DNA of 14,783 nucleotides, taken from assembly GCA_046296715.1 (NCBI GenBank), contig JBKBIN010000032.1:252-15034 (forward strand), in the 5' to 3' direction. This document shows, in pieces, positions 14,700-14,783 of this stretch. The notes beneath the pieces were generated by a model, which saw only the letters and a program-made list of their open reading frames with translations, did no database searches and had not been told where the DNA came from. The DNA is from Candidatus Ratteibacteria bacterium. GTDB lineage: Bacteria > Ratteibacteria > UBA8468 > B48-G9 > JAFGKM01. Made by a program: the position numbers and the translations under genes. Each line of letters opens with the position of its first letter. Positions within the stretch are counted from its first letter, which is position 1.

Positions 14700-14783
14700 A
14701 CGCTTCTCTCTTTCAGGTTAGGACATAGTATACAGGTAGATAATAAAATATGGTATAGAAGGAAGGTTGAAGTTTTTATTCCA

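Overview
Very AT-rich bacterial window in which every credible gene lies on the minus strand. In transcription order (right to left) it holds: (i) a decayed restriction-modification locus with an IS481-family right-end remnant, a short stub of a Mod-like DNA methyltransferase, an MNT gene, a frameshifted HEPN gene and the next part of the same methyltransferase restarting as a separate, truncated ORF; (ii) a housekeeping-like corrinoid salvage operon (CbiZ-CobZ/CbiS-type fusion, btuF, cobO, btuC, btuD); (iii) an HPPY-motif DNA methyltransferase coupled to an uncharacterised 192-aa protein; (iv) a CAU tRNA, most likely Ile2; (v) an accessory/defence-like island downstream of the tRNA. The island carries a hypothetical gene, an AGOG-family DNA glycosylase plus YaaA-like pair bracketed by two identical 70-bp IS481 right ends, a DUF2283-type toxin-antitoxin pair, and a PLD-nuclease/SNF2-helicase fusion of at least 1094 aa that runs off the left edge and is absent from the ORF track. 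The best candidates for new biology are the IS-bracketed AGOG+YaaA module, the methyltransferase split around an MNT-HEPN insert, and the MTase partner lacking known nuclease motifs. All family calls come from motif recognition by eye, not database searches.
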